64,000 bases of DNA from the NCBI RefSeq assembly GCF_009914755.1, contig NC_060933.1. One strand, 5' to 3'. Every line of letters starts with the position of its first letter. Positions within the stretch are counted from its first letter, which is position 1. Positions 16,660 through 30,728 of this stretch are shown one piece after another. Made by a program: the position numbers and the translations under genes. Source of the stretch: the human T2T-CHM13v2.0 reference genome, Homo sapiens. Under the pieces are notes generated by a model. It was not told where the DNA came from, made no database searches, and was given only the letters and a program-made list of their open reading frames with translations.

Positions 16660-16855
16660 TTTCTATTATACAGTTACATATGTATCTTATGTGTAGTAGA
16701 TATATATATGTATAATATATCAGGTATAATTATATTTTACAGATATAATCATGTTATATATAATATAGATAGTATATAAATGCATATAGATAGATGTTTT
16801 ATAGATAAATATTATACAGAAAGATATTTTATAGATCAGTATTATGTAGATAAAT
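16660..16855. repeat. (TA)-rich / ATAG low-complexity tract
   Basis: Repeated tagata and tatata units. Confidence 0.65.
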
Positions 16856-17109
16856 TGCCAGTTCTGTTAACTGTAAATGTAATATCCATGGGTAAAACCC
16901 ATATTTTTCCTGGGTACTTTTAGTAGATTCATGTGAGTAGCAAGTATAATTTCATACAGTTTAGTCCTTTTTAGTATAATTCTCTGACCATTTTATTGTG
17001 TATTTCCCCCCACCTTTAGCATATATTTATTAAGCAGATGCCTATGGCAAACACTTTGCTATGGCAATTAGTTGAAAGCAGACAAGGTTCATGAAGCTTA
17101 TGTTTTAGT

Positions 17110-17260
17110 CAAATGGTTCAAACTAGTGTGCATAAAAATCACTAGGCAGAGTTTGTTACAAATGCACATGCCTGGGCCTTATCCCTAATGATATTGAATT
17201 AGCAGGTCTGAGTGCGGCCCAAGTATTCTCTATTTTAAAGTAGCACCCACAGGTGATTTT
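17110..17260. mobile_element. MER5A-like MITE remnant
   Basis: gtttgttacaaatgcacatgcctgggcc...caggtctgag...caggtgatt. Confidence 0.6.
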
Positions 17261-17677
17261 TATCATTTATTTTGCACATAAGGCAAATAGCACATAGATC
17301 AAAACATAGAACTTTGAAACCATCACACAGCTCAAGAAATAGAGGTTTCTAGCCACCACAGAAGTTCTCCACAAGCCCAGTCCTATTCATAACCTCCTTT
17401 TTCCCCTGACTATTCAGACTTCTATAGTAACTACTTCCTTACATTTCTTTATAGTTTTGTCATCTCAGTGTGTATCTCTAATCACTGTAATATGTTTTGG
17501 GGTATGTGTGTGTGTGTGATCTTTTAAGTGTCTTTCCAATTAAAGGTCATCCCCTTTCGTTTCCTCCCCCACTTTTCTTCCCTGCAGTTTGTGTGCTGAA
17601 TAACCTGGCTTGTGTGAGCTGGAGAGTTTCCTATCTTCTGGATTTTGCTGATTGCAACCGTATGGTGCCCTTTAATA

Positions 17678-18018
17678 CAGTGGTCCCCAATGCCTGGGCC
17701 ACAGACTGGTATTGGTTCCTTGCTTGTTAGGAACTGGGCCACACACAGGAGGTGAGCAGCCCAGTGAGCCAGCATTACTGCCTAAACTCCATCTCCTGTC
17801 AGATCAGCCGATGCATTAGATTCTCACAGGAGCATGAACCCTATTGTGAACTGTGCATGCGAGGGATCTAGGTTGTGTGCTCCTTATAAGAATCTAAATA
17901 ATGCCTGATGATCTGAGGTGGTACAGTTTCATCCCGAAACCATTCCCTGCCCCAGGTGTGTGGAAAAATTATCTTCCATGAAACCAGCCCCTGGTGCAAA
18001 AAAGGCTGGGGACCACTG
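17678..18018 (+). mobile_element. MER1B (hAT-Charlie) MITE
   Basis: TIRs CAGTGGTCCCCA...TGGGGACCACTG enclosing 341 nt; partial 8-bp TSD (cttta...). Confidence 0.88.
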
Positions 18019-19747
18019 CTTTATGTGTTTCTCTGTTCAAAGGTAGTTAGCTCTAAAGGCTTGACTGGGTTCAGGATATTTTGTTTTTTGTTTCCAAGAC
18101 TACAGGGGATGGTGTGTTCTGTCATCAAGAGGCACAATGTATGTTGCTTTTCTTTTTATGATGTTAGTAGTTGTTGGTACGCAATGCCTAGTTCTATTAA
18201 TTCATTAGGAGTTGCAGAGTGGTAATGTTCTAATCCTATCATTCCTTCTCCATTTATTAGCTGGAATACTTCCACAAAAAGAATACCCTTCCTCCAATAA
18301 CCTACTAGTTGGTTATCCAGTGGTAAAGGAAAGTTAGAATAAATGCTGTACTCTTTTGCCTTTTTCTTTATTTACTAACTTTAAAAAATATTATGAATTC
18401 ATGAATTTAAACATATTTGATGCACTTCAGTCTATCACAGATATTATCCATATTGAATTTTAAATTGTCTTATTTTGGCCACTGGGAATCTATTAATAAG
18501 TGGCTCTTGAATCTAATTTTTAAAATGTTTTTGATTATAATGTAGAGTCACAGGATACTAATGTCATTTAGAAGAATGAAAAGATTTTTGGTGAGGGAAG
18601 GTCCTATTTATGTCTCTCATTTGCCCAATGTTTTAGCAGTTTTAGAAGGAAATAACAATTAGTAGAACTGTTGAAATATTTGTGTAATGAAGTTTTCTGT
18701 CCCCCATCCCCATCTTAGTGTTCCTGAGGTTAAAAAAGTAAGCCTAGGAAAATTAATTTGTGAACATATGCTATAGGTCTATATGTACTACAATTTGAAA
18801 TAAAATGAAGTAGAATGAAGTAGTCTTATGTATTTTGACACCATACCCACATTTCTGTATCGCTGGGTTTATCAGCTGGATGTCTTGTTCAAATATTATA
18901 TTCACTTTTTCCTACTCTGTTCTCTTTCTACTCTTATATCAGCGTTGTATCATTGTACATTGAAAATGGATTTATTTCTTAGGCTGCATTAGTTTTTGTG
19001 GATTCGGTCTTAGTTGAGCCATTTTTAGCCTGATTAGAATAATCATAACTTAAGGTCCTTTCCATTTCAAGCAAAATAGATGTACCCTGACCAGCAAAAT
19101 TAGGCAAAAATGATGCTCACTGGGAGGAGATTGGGTAGCTCTCGAAGTGAAGAATGAGTGAAACATTTCAGCATTGGGAAGGGTCGGAAACTTCCCAGCA
19201 GCACTACTGGCTGATGACTCAGTTCCAACCAACTTTCTTCACTGTGTGTCTCATTTTAAGTTTTCAGATTTTGTAGGAAAAATGATCTGTTTGGCCCATC
19301 TTGGCTTGATCAAGCTCTGGCCAGGGGAACAGAGTACGTAGCAAAGTTAGAGCACTGGAGGATTGTGTGGGTTGGGCCACCATCTTTGTTTTGTCTGCTA
19401 CCTTCTCATGCCTTGTTTTCTCTTTAAAAATACTTTTCCATGACTATACTGTAAAATCCTTGAGAAAAGGGACTATTTTGTCCACAGTGGCATTCGTAGA
19501 CCCAGCATATGTCCTTAGTGCCTGGTGCATAGGTGATGTTTAGTGCTATTTTCATTTGACTTGAGGACAAAAAGTATGGACTCCAGGTTGTTTTCTGTTA
19601 CTGGGACTCCTCCGACATCTGTGGCTGAGTATAAAGGCATTTACTCATTTTTTGTATTTTATTTCATTTTTTAAAATTTCCTTATTTTATATATTTTATT
19701 TCCTTATTTATTTTATTGTATTTTATTTATTTATTTTATTTTCAGGC

Positions 19748-20208
19748 TCTGAGTTAGCCTGAGTTTCCCTAAAGGCAAAAGTAGAGCCTGGGTTTCCACA
19801 GAAGCAAAGGCTTATATGACTAGAGTTCATCTGACAATGTGATCCCAGCAAGCAGTTGGAGAGGGACAAAAGGAGTGAAGTATGGAAGGTGGGAGAGGCA
19901 ATACAGGCATCATTAAGTAGGCTACTGCTACTAGTTGCTTGATCCCACAGAATCTTCTGAGAAGCCTTATGAAAGAAGGATCTGGAATTAATGGGAAAGC
20001 ATTTATCTATGGGGTATTGTTGCCGATTTGTCAGCTTTGGCCTATGGGGCTTTAACTTCCTTGTACTTCTAGAGTGCGCTATTCTGGGGCAGGGAGCAAG
20101 AGGTGCATGGTGGAGCTTCAGGGGAGAACCATTAGGTTGCACCTGTGCAGAGCCAGTTACCACAGCAGTAGCTGTAGCATTTGAAGTGTGCAAAGGGGAT
20201 GTCTGACA
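19748..20208. mobile_element. Old ERVL-type solo LTR (LTR33/LTR16-like)
   Basis: gggtttccacagaagca...gtgatcccagcaagcag motifs; preceded by a (TTTA) low-complexity tract at 19650-19742. Confidence 0.45.
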
Positions 20209-21623
20209 CAGGGTTTTATTAAAAGATCTTATTAAATGGTACTATCCTTTGGTGTCCATTAAAAATCAATCAATCAAAAAACTTGTAACCACTAGACTTG
20301 TAAGCAGTTTAAGATTTATGTGGTCTAATCCTCCACCATTTACTTTTCCTTATTTTTGATCTTGAATCTCCACCTCTTTTCCATTCACCCTCTATTCTGA
20401 ACAGGCCAGTCTCACCCTTCCTGGAGAAGGCCATTTTCATTTTTGCCTTCATACTTTTAAGTTCCATCCACTTAAAAATACTTCTGTTCCATTTCAGAAC
20501 TCTAAAAAGCTACTTTATGGGCCTTGCAGTAATAGCTTGTGTGAAAAAGGCTTTCCAATAATAGCATTACTATACAGCAGTGCTTTTCTTTGTTGTTGAT
20601 CGTTTTGGAATCTAGTAAATCTGAGGTTTAAGTGATCTTGTTGGTTTTCCTTTTGTTTTTTTATGGACATGCAGAAATTAAAATGAAATAGAGGAAGGTA
20701 TAGCAAAGAATGGTATGATAGTATATACTGTAAGTGTGTTGGTTTCAAAATGCATGTATTATCCTCAAATAGATAAGAGTTGCTTCATTGTTTTCGACTG
20801 TATTTCAAAACAGTGAACACATATATTCCTAAAATACATAGATTGGAATATATCCCATTTTTAAAAATTCACGAATTTTTTTCTTTTGTTGTTTTTTTTC
20901 AAAAGTCCATAAACAAGCACATGAGAGGATTTTGTAGGTTAATTTCACTCTTCAAATGGTAAAACTGAGATTTTAGAGGGTATTTGTTAGTTTGATAGTA
21001 TCTTCAAGATTATAATTTCTGGGTATGTCAAATTATATTGTTTTCACTCAGGCAGGTGGTCCTTTAACATGTGGCTCTAACTTACAGATTTCCTTTTTTT
21101 CCTGTGGGTTTTTTTTTTTTTTTTTTTGACTGTCTTTATTGTTCATAGGTACTTCTGCTCTGCAGGCACTTCTGTAAACTTCAGAATAGTCATTTTAGCT
21201 GAACCTTTCTTCTTTAGTGCCATAATACATTAAGATTTTCTTTATTTAGAAACCTCAAATAACATGTCTCTTGTGTTTTATTAATATTTATTAAAACCTA
21301 ATATACACATCTTTTTTTCATTTTGTTTATATACTTGGTGAACTTAATGGTTTTCCATTTCTATGGTCATTGCTCTGCTACATTTAAATATGCTTAATGA
21401 ATTACGGTAATTCGAAAATAATCTCTACCTCCCTGGCACTAATATTTCTTTTATTGTGACATGATTTACTAAAATTTGTTTAGTGTAATTCATTATGCAA
21501 GTTATATAGATGAATCATGTCTGTATTAGGTAAGCAGAAAATTGAACTACTTTTCAGAAATGAAATATTATTAAATTTAGTATTTTAGGCAACTTTCAAT
21601 GGTTTTTAAAGATTGACTGTTTA

Positions 21624-22023
<400 letters not shown>

Positions 22024-22060
22024 TTATGTGTGACTGTGTGGCATTGACTAATTCTTTCTT

Positions 22061-22324
22061 TTTTTTTGAGATGGAATCTCGCTCTGCCACCCAGGCTGGA
22101 GTGCAGTGGCACCATCTTGGCTCACTGCAACCTCCACCTCCTGGGTCAAGCAATTGCCTCCTGAGTAGCTGGGAAATTAGCCTGGCTAATTTTTTTGTAT
22201 TTTTTTGATAGAGACGGGGTTTCACCAAGTTGGCTGGGCTGGTCTCGAACTTCTGACCTCGTGATCCACCTGCCTTGGCCTCCCAAAGTGTTGGCGTTAC
22301 AGGCGTGAGCTGCCACGCCCGGCC
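22061..22324 (-). mobile_element. AluS (Sg-like) with two internal right-arm deletions
   Basis: TSD gacYaattctttcttt. caattgcctcctgag lacks ctcctgcctca, and gggaaattagcctgg lacks acaggc...ccac. Confidence 0.88.
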
Positions 22325-22485
22325 GACCAATTCTTTCTTTAGTAGAGCACACTTGCTGTATAAATAAATTTGTGTAATAGGCTTGCAGTCTTTCATATTA
22401 AATATATTCTTCCTGGATACATGTTACAAAGCCATGGTTCTGGGAACTTCTTTAACAACTCCTTTTTCCCCCTCTATTCTTTTAG

Positions 22486-22573
22486 GATTTTCCTGTTGAA
22501 CTGGTCATAATTGGAATAGCTTTACTACTTCTACAGACTCCAGCAAGTCAGCAGAAGCCAATCTTAAATCTAG
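22486..22573 (+). CDS. FOCAD: FOCAD coding exon (88 nt, phase 0/1): DFPVELVIIGIALLLLQTPASQQKPILNL
   Basis: Long pyrimidine tract ending ttttag|GAT; donor CTAG|gtaaat. Its phase matches the next exon (G|CT = Ala). Confidence 0.93.
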
Positions 22574-23269
22574 GTAAATAAAAATACAGTCACTAGAGTA
22601 AAATGTAAATATAACATGAGTATTGACAGGATTCACTTGAACTATGTATCCTGCTATCTTGTGTATTTTGAGTTTCCATCTGTAATTTTTAAAATTATTA
22701 AATAGAATTTTTTTTCTTGTCTAATAAGTTGTTACCTTGTGCAAGTTTTAATATAACATAATTTACCAAGTATCTCGGCTGCATGTTAGAGGTTATAATC
22801 TAACCTTATGTAGCAGTAACATTCAGGAATATATTGAATGGCATAGCACCTTATTCAACATTGTACAGCAAAATGGAAAGCTTTAGTATAAAATCCTTGA
22901 AAGAAAAGTGTTTAGTAGTTGTAGTTATTTTTAAAACTCTCCATACCTTAACTATTCAAAATGTAAATCTAGCTAGAACAAATGAAAGATAATATTCTTT
23001 TGACAGTCCAGTATTGACTTAAAGAAAAGTGAAGGAGGGGGCCAAGGGTCGCAAAAATGTTCTAGTTAAGAAGAATGTGGTAAAGAAGCTAGTTGCCCTA
23101 TCGGGCAAATAAGTCATACTTTTAAAATGTGGCTTTTACATTGGTGCTGCCTCACTTTACTTGGTCTGATCCAAAATAATCCACATAACAATGAGAGCTC
23201 TAAATTATGTTGTATAGTGCCATGATATGTTGATATGCTGCTGTTCTTAGTTTTAAAAAGTACGTGAGA

Positions 23270-23569
<300 letters not shown>

Positions 23570-23867
23570 GTGTGCGAGATAAATACTTATTGTATAGCTC
23601 ATTCTTCTGGGCATTTTAATTCATGATTTTGGGAGTGAATTGCTCTTTCACCTACAGTGTGCCTTGGAAATGGCTTTAGCACATGGAGGGGATCCTTGGC
23701 TCCTAGGCTTTGATTCCTACCCTGCATTTGGCTACTGGCTTTATGTTCGCTTATACCTTCCCTCCACAGTCTGATCCGGTTTTTGCCTTTTTCTTATAGC
23801 AGTGCACATGGGATCTACCCATAGGTATAATTTACCCGTGCTGGTACTTCTGACAGCAATAGTTTTC

Positions 23868-24100
23868 TTTTTTAAAACAGCTTTATTGAGGTGTAATTTA
23901 CATACCATAAAATTCAGAATAAAGTGTTTTCTAGTAAATTTATAGATTTGTGCAACCAGCACCACTGTCTATCATCTGCCCAAAATTTCTTGTGATCATT
24001 TGTAGTTAATCCTCATTTTCACCCTCAGCTCCAGAGAAATACTAATCTGCTTTTTGTCTCTGTAGATTTGCCTTTTCTAGACATTTCATATGATTGGATT
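23868..24100 (-). mobile_element. Old L1M (MB-like) 3' end fragment
   Basis: cagctttattgaggtgtaatttacataccataaaattca...gatttgccttttctagacatttcata. Confidence 0.7.
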
Positions 24101-25529
24101 TTGTTTTCTGACAAAAAAATTCTAAAGCCTCAGAAAATCCACATTTCAAATTCTGAAGCTATGTTCTTATATTGTGGTTCATGTGTAAGAGAAAGATAAT
24201 ACAGTATCAAACAGTCAAATACTTTTATTATTTCCTGGTTAGCAGACTTTTTCTTTCTCTCGTAAACCAATATCTCTGATTTGAAGTTACCTTAGAGTGA
24301 ATAAACTGTACTGAACACTGCTAAGCCAATATATCATGTTGGAAAGTAAGGAAGAACTGTGGGGAAAGAGTTTTCAAAGAAATAGGATAACCAAGAGAAT
24401 ATTGATTATTCCAAATTTAAAAGATTTATTTATACATTAATTTTTATATTAATGTAATATTACACTATGTAGTTGTTAACTGTAGCCTTGATTACAAATA
24501 GCAATTTATAAAAATGCCTGGAATATTTAGATTTATAATTTAGGCTATTAAAATACTGCTATTATATTCATTTCCTGTTATATTAAAGATAATGGATTTT
24601 CATAATATCTCAGAAACAATTATGGATTAAGACCAATATTTAGGCAAGAAAAGTAAATTAGTAGTGTTAGAGTAACAGGTGTTTGTACTTAATATCATGT
24701 TAAGGTTTGACCTCCAGATGATGTAAAATAGAATGCTGACAACTCATTGACATGATTCAAGGCTTGTAGAATTTTTGCTGTAGTGGGGAAATCAGTTGAA
24801 TATTTTGATAATTTAACGTTGAATCCCCTGAATAACATCTTTTAGTAAATCAGGGTTAATTACATCACTTTGAAAAAAATATTGTGAAAAAAGTATATTT
24901 ATGCCTTAACTCATTCAGTTAATAGTCTAGAGACTCTACATGTAAATCAGTTATTGTATAACTGTATGTATCTGGTGTGTAAGTTGTTTCCATGTTAAAG
25001 AACCATTCACTAATTTTTTTTGTTGTTGTTATTTTGGTTCTGGACTTTGGGACTTTCACAATCTGCTTCTTAGCAATTACAGCTGAAGGGCAGTCCTGCT
25101 TCACTTTGCTGTTTACTTAAGCATCTGCTAATAGGATTCTTAGCTGCCTTTGTAAAGGAAGCATGTATGTTGGGCTTGTTAGCCACTGATCCAGGAATTC
25201 TTGGTCTCTTAGCTCTGTTTGCTGAGGGCAATACTAGCATCTCAGAGGATATTAAGGGCAAATGTTGAATTGTATTTTTTAAAAAATTCATATTAACCTA
25301 AAAGTATCATCAATTTTTCAGTTATATATGTTAACAGCTTATTTTATATAATAGTTTATTTATACTCCTTTTATTTCCTTTTAGGATAAGATTTATCAAC
25401 CTAGTTATGTGTCTGACCCAGTTATAAAAGGGAAGAAAACTTTCTTGCATATCATTCTTAAGCAAAATTGCATTTTGTTTGACTGTGGTATTAATTTTTA
25501 AAAATGTGCATTATTGTTTTGATGAATAG

Positions 25530-25732
25530 CTTTGAAGCTCCTCTCTGTTACTGAGGATCAGAAAATCCCAAAGTCCTCTCTGCTGCTAGTGATGCCAATT
25601 CTGCAGATACTATCTTCTACTGCCTTGGAAGACTGTATATCTGTGGATGAAGAAGGTCCCTCTAGGCAGCAGTTGGCTCTAAACCTTTTGGAAATGATAC
25701 AGCAGGAATGTTACAGAGATGACCACCAAAAG
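25530..25732 (+). CDS. FOCAD: FOCAD coding exon (203 nt, phase 1/0): ALKLLSVTEDQKIPKSS...ECYRDDHQK
   Basis: Weak acceptor gttttgatgaatag|CT and donor AAG|gtaatg. Overlaps ORF 25532..25798. Confidence 0.93.
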
Positions 25733-27386
25733 GTAATGAATCTATCCTTGTTTCTCTTAAATAAAGTGTCGATGTGGGATTTCGGTCTTTACGGATAATC
25801 TTGCCTCCTGATGAAGCATCTGTTTGTTATCAGACTTCACCATTCAGTCAGGTAGTGCTGTTGGAGATCTCAACATATTCTTCTGGACTATAAGAAGGGA
25901 TAGCAGTCCTGTTGTGAAATAAGTTTGAAAATGCTATATGATCTTTTTTTTCTCTGAAAATCCAGTGCACAATACTAGTTAAAGATCCTGAAGAGTTCTT
26001 CAGAAAAGGAACTAATGCTTCTCAAATATATTTGAACATGGAATCATTTTTTAAAATTATACTATTAGTTAAGTACAGCATATTGCTAGATCTGAGATAA
26101 TCCAAGGTGGGAAATAGTCCTCAAATGCCTGGAAGTTCTCATATCAGTAAGAACTAAAACTTCTTTATTTAATATGGCACCTCTTGCCGTGTTCCCTGGC
26201 ATAATGGCTCTCGATGTCCCCTGTGTATGCCCCTATTCTGCTGCCTCCAACTGGAAGACAACAGGCCTGCCACATTCCGTTTCCAATCCTGCCTGCCTCA
26301 TTCCGCTTTTTCAGTCTCGCTTTTCCTGTTACAATAACGTGAAAGTGTTGTCATGGTTTGGATATTGGTTGGGTTCTAGGCCTAGATTTACCAGACTTTT
26401 TTTGTTTTGATATTTGAGTTTTGCCTTTATCAAAATGAAACATTATTTCCCAGCTCCTCTTATGGGGATGAAATGAGGATTGAATAAGATAAAGCTGGTG
26501 AAGCATCTTAAATCTCCATGAAGAGAGGCACTATGTAAATACAAACTGGAGTGATGGTTGTGGCTTCATCTGCAAAAGCAGAGATACCTCTTATGTTAAA
26601 TGCTCCAGCAGCACAAATCCAGTCATTATTAGTTCTTGTTTGAGCATGTAGCAGAAACTGGCCCATAATTATAGGCAAATTGAATGTATACTACAGCTTC
26701 CTAAATCCTAATTGTTTGACTAAAACTTTAAAACTTGAAACAGGTAATCGATTTGAATTGAGAGAGAAGTTCTTGCATCAGCCCTAATAGGAGTACAAAA
26801 TCCGATCAAAAAATTCTAGTAGCTTTTTTACTTTACCTCTTGGTTTGCCCATGTAGAACAATGATTGGATCTTGAATGGGAGTGGGGGCAGGGCAAGAGT
26901 TGGCAGGGCAAGAGTTCTGCTCCTTTAAATCACAAGTGTTATTTACTGAGGATCACCCCAACTCTAATACATAAGTACTTGGTTTACTATTTGCTCAGAT
27001 GTGTGTGAATCTTATTATTAACACTAATATCTGGACTTTCTCTTTAGCAGCTGGTAAAGAGGAGGGGCAGAATTACTATTAGGGCTATAAATATCCTCCT
27101 TATGATACTGTGTTGCTTTAAGGAGGCTTTGAGGAGATATATGATCACTGTTTTAAAAAATGTAAGCCACATTTTACTGTTGGCTTTTTTTTTTCCTGCA
27201 CCTATCTGGAACTTTACATTCCAGTCACACCTATGAATTTAACATGCCCCAAACTCTTCAAGTCTCTTCCTGAATCTTTGCTTCTGCACAGAATGCTGTT
27301 TTATGTCAGCTGCCTGAACTATTCATCCTTCAAGACTCAGCCAAATGTTCTCAGCCTCCCTGAGTCAAGATTATTTGACTATTGGA

Positions 27387-27455
27387 TTTTTTTTTTTTTT
27401 GAGACGGAGTCTCACTCTGCCACCTAGGCTGGAGTGCAGCGGTGTGATCTTGGCT
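27387..27455 (-). mobile_element. Severely 5'-truncated Alu
   Basis: Poly-T followed by gagacggagtctcactctgccacctaggctggagtgcagcggtgtgatcttggct. Confidence 0.85.
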
Positions 27456-27644
27456 ATTAAATGTGATATTTAGAACTACCTATTTCATTCTCCCCAGGCA
27501 AAATAAATAAATAAATATTAAAAAAAGTAAAAAAAATTGAACACTAATTGTAAATTCTAAAGGGCTTGAAACATTCTGCTTCCTCCTTGTTCTCCTCCAC
27601 TCCCGCAAGAGAATGTGGGGGATAAAAGAGAGAATGCATTCAGT

Positions 27645-28225
27645 ATATGAGTCAGATTCCAGTCAGGAAAGAGAAAACACACTGGCAATTTGAACAAGGA
27701 AAACTTAATGCAATGAATTATTAGCAAGAGGTGTTTAGTTATAAAACCTTATAAAAAAGCATCTAAGGAATATTACAGTAGTAAATGTAGGGAGCAGCTA
27801 CTACCTCTAAGCTAAGACCAAGGCAGAGTTCCCAAGGAAGGAACTAAAAAGTCTCCCCAGACAATGCTGAGAGTCAGACCTGGTAGGAGAGAATGTGGAG
27901 AAGGCCTACTGGATGATATAGTCTGCTGGGGTGCCATAGGCTAGAACTGGTCCACAGGAAACCACTTGTCGTGTGAGCAGGCTGGAATTGGCTGAGCTGG
28001 TCCACTGGAAGCCACCTCTGGGATATCCTGTATGTCCCTAGCAGCCATGGTAGGAGGAATCAAAGAAGCACACAGGAACCTGAAGAGAAGCCCCTTCTTC
28101 CTTTCCTTGCAGTGTCTCTCCTATGCTCTCTATTGACAAGGTCTAACACTAGACCAGAGGGCAAAGGAGAAATGTTGAAAAGGCACAGCTGTAGGATCAC
28201 ATAGTCAGGCAAAGAAGAGTGGGTG
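27645..28225. mobile_element. Ancient LTR remnant (subfamily uncertain)
   Basis: gtcagattccagtcaggaaagagaaaacacact start motif typical of old eutherian LTRs. Confidence 0.4.
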
Positions 28226-29020
28226 TGGAGCTGAGAGGTAACACATTGAGTAACTGGCTCAGGAAGTAAGAAAGAATCGGAAAAGTTTTTTTGGAGGGGA
28301 GTAAGGGTGGATGGGTGAGATGAAGTGGAAAAGGAGACTTAAAAGCTAAATTCTTGTAATTGTACAGGAGGGCAAAATTCATCTTTATGAAACTGTTTTA
28401 GTCAGCATAACAATTTAGAGACAGCTTGACTGAGCTGGGGTCTACCATGTGTTTATTCATTCTTATGTGTTTTTAAAAATTAAATATGGTACTTTTGGGT
28501 CTTTGGTAATAAAGCTGTGCCAAGTAGATTTTATTTGAAATTGCTTTGAAGTAGTATATAGTAAGCAGAATATTTGTTTCTTAAAAATCAGAAAATTCGC
28601 AAGGAATTGTCATTGTCCTACTTATGGCTAAAGTTAACATTTATTGAACATGTGTGATATGCCAGGAGTTATTATGTGGGCCAACTCGTATTTCTTACAA
28701 TAACTATGAAATAGATGTCTTTTCTTTCTTTCTTTTTTTTTTTAATCTATTTCCAGCTGTGTGGCCTTGGACTAGTGACTGAATCTGTGTGGTATCTGGG
28801 CCCTGGTAAAATGGGCAACAAAACACCCCCTTCATGGGGTGGTTTATTGAGCATTTCATATGTGCAGGCTTCATTTTAAGTACTTTGGTATATATTAACT
28901 GATTTGATTTTATCTCACACTCTTTGAAGTAGGTAAAATTATTGATCTCATTTTACCTAAGAGTTAACTGAGGCATAAAGAAGGTAAATAACTTACTGTC
29001 ATGCAGTGGGAACCCAATTC

Positions 29021-29805
29021 TTTTTTAATAGCTTTATTGAAATGTAATTCACATGCGCCCTTCCCTCATTTAAAGCATGCAATTCAGTGGCTTTTAGTAT
29101 ATTCGCAGCATTGTATATTCATTACCACAATCCACTTTAGAACATTTTTATTTTTATTACCCTAAAAAATCCCTGCACTCTTAGTCATCACTCCCTAATT
29201 CCCCGCTTTTTTCCTCACCCCTCAGGCTAGGCAGTCCCTAATCTGCTTATAGTCTCTATATGGATTTGCCTATTCTAGACATTTCCTTCAAGTATAATCA
29301 TACAATATGTGGTCCTTTGTGACTGGCTTTTTTCACTTAGTATAATGTTTTCAAGGTTTGTCCATGTTGTAGCATGTGCCATGTAGCAGTGCCTCATTTT
29401 CTCTTAGAGCTGACTAATATTCCATTGTATGGATACCTTACATTTTCCTTTCCTTTTCTTTTGTTGACGAACTTTTGGCTCTTTCCCACTTTTTGGCTAT
29501 AATGCTGCTATAATCATTCATGTATCAGTTTTTGTGTGGACAAATGTTTTCATTTCTCTTGAGTAGATACCGAGGAGTACAACTGCTAGGTAAGGTGATA
29601 ACTCTATGTTTCACAGTTTGGGGGAATGGCCAGATTGTTTTCCAAAGGGGCTGCACTATTCTATATTCCCACCAGCAGTGTATGAGGGTTCCAGTTTCTC
29701 CCTGTCCTCGACAATTGTTGTTATTGTTTATCTTTTTGATGGTTACATCCTAGTAGGTGTGAAGTGGTATTTCATTGTGGTTTTGTTTTGCATTTCCCTG
29801 ATGGT
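29021..29805 (-). mobile_element. L1MB-type 3' segment
   Basis: agctttattgaaatgtaattcacatg...tgtggtcctttgtgactggc...gtggtatttcattgtggttttg. Confidence 0.85.
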
Positions 29806-30728
29806 ATTCTTAAAATACTTATTTTACAAGCCGGGAAACTGAGATTAGAGCGGTTAACTTTTCTGGATTACCCAGGTAGTGAAGGGTAGAGTTGGAATTC
29901 AGATTTTGACTGTTTGATTCTAGGGCCTGAATCCTGTTACCTGCACTTTCATTTTGTTTTCTTTCTTTGTTTTTTTGGCACAATATTTTATCATCTTTGT
30001 GCTGAACTTGGGCGTAAATAACAGTTCCATTTCAGATTTACAGGGGAACAAACTGTGATAATAGTAAATTGAAATAAACTTTTTTTAGACTTCTGATTGG
30101 AACTTAAAAAGGAATTAGTAAGTCTTAGATGTTGTGCTTCTATCATCATCTTCTGAAAGACATGGGACTGAGCATGTTGTGTGTTATCTCTTGGTTATAA
30201 CCAACCACTCCCAAATCTCTCAGCTCTTGTCTAGAGTCTTCATAGTGATATAGTGCTAGAAAGGCTCTCTTGAGGTTTTATGTAGTCCAGTCTTCTGCTG
30301 CTTGACTGATGAGTGATTAATATCCTCTAGCAAAAATCTATCTTACTTTTAAAGGTCTATATGTTTGAGTTCCTATATCCACTCTACTTTTGTTAAACCT
30401 GTTTTAGTCACTATTATAGATTAGTGCCATTCTTTACAGTTAATGAAAATCAATATTGTTCACAATTTCTTTTTCAGACCTGTTTTGACAAAGGAGTACT
30501 ATCAGATGTTTATCTTATTGTTACTACTTAATGTGTCTGCACATTTTTATTAAATGCTTTTTAAAATAAAGATTCTCAATTATTTTCTACCTGTAAAAGA
30601 TGTCTTACAACCACCCAGTATTTATTTAAATGTATTTTTCTGTGGTTTATTTTTTATTGATATATAATTCACATAACATAAACCTTTTATTTTTAAACAC
30701 CTACTTCCTCCTCTAAAAGCAAAGCTTA

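Noticed and set aside
19723-20206. 156-aa minus-strand ORF
   Set aside because: It lies in a probable old LTR, with no recognisable domain or splice context.
24781-24795. TAGTGGGGAA resembling the start of miR-491-5p (a FOCAD-hosted miRNA)
   Set aside because: Only ~10 nt match and there is no hairpin; MIR491 is not in this window.
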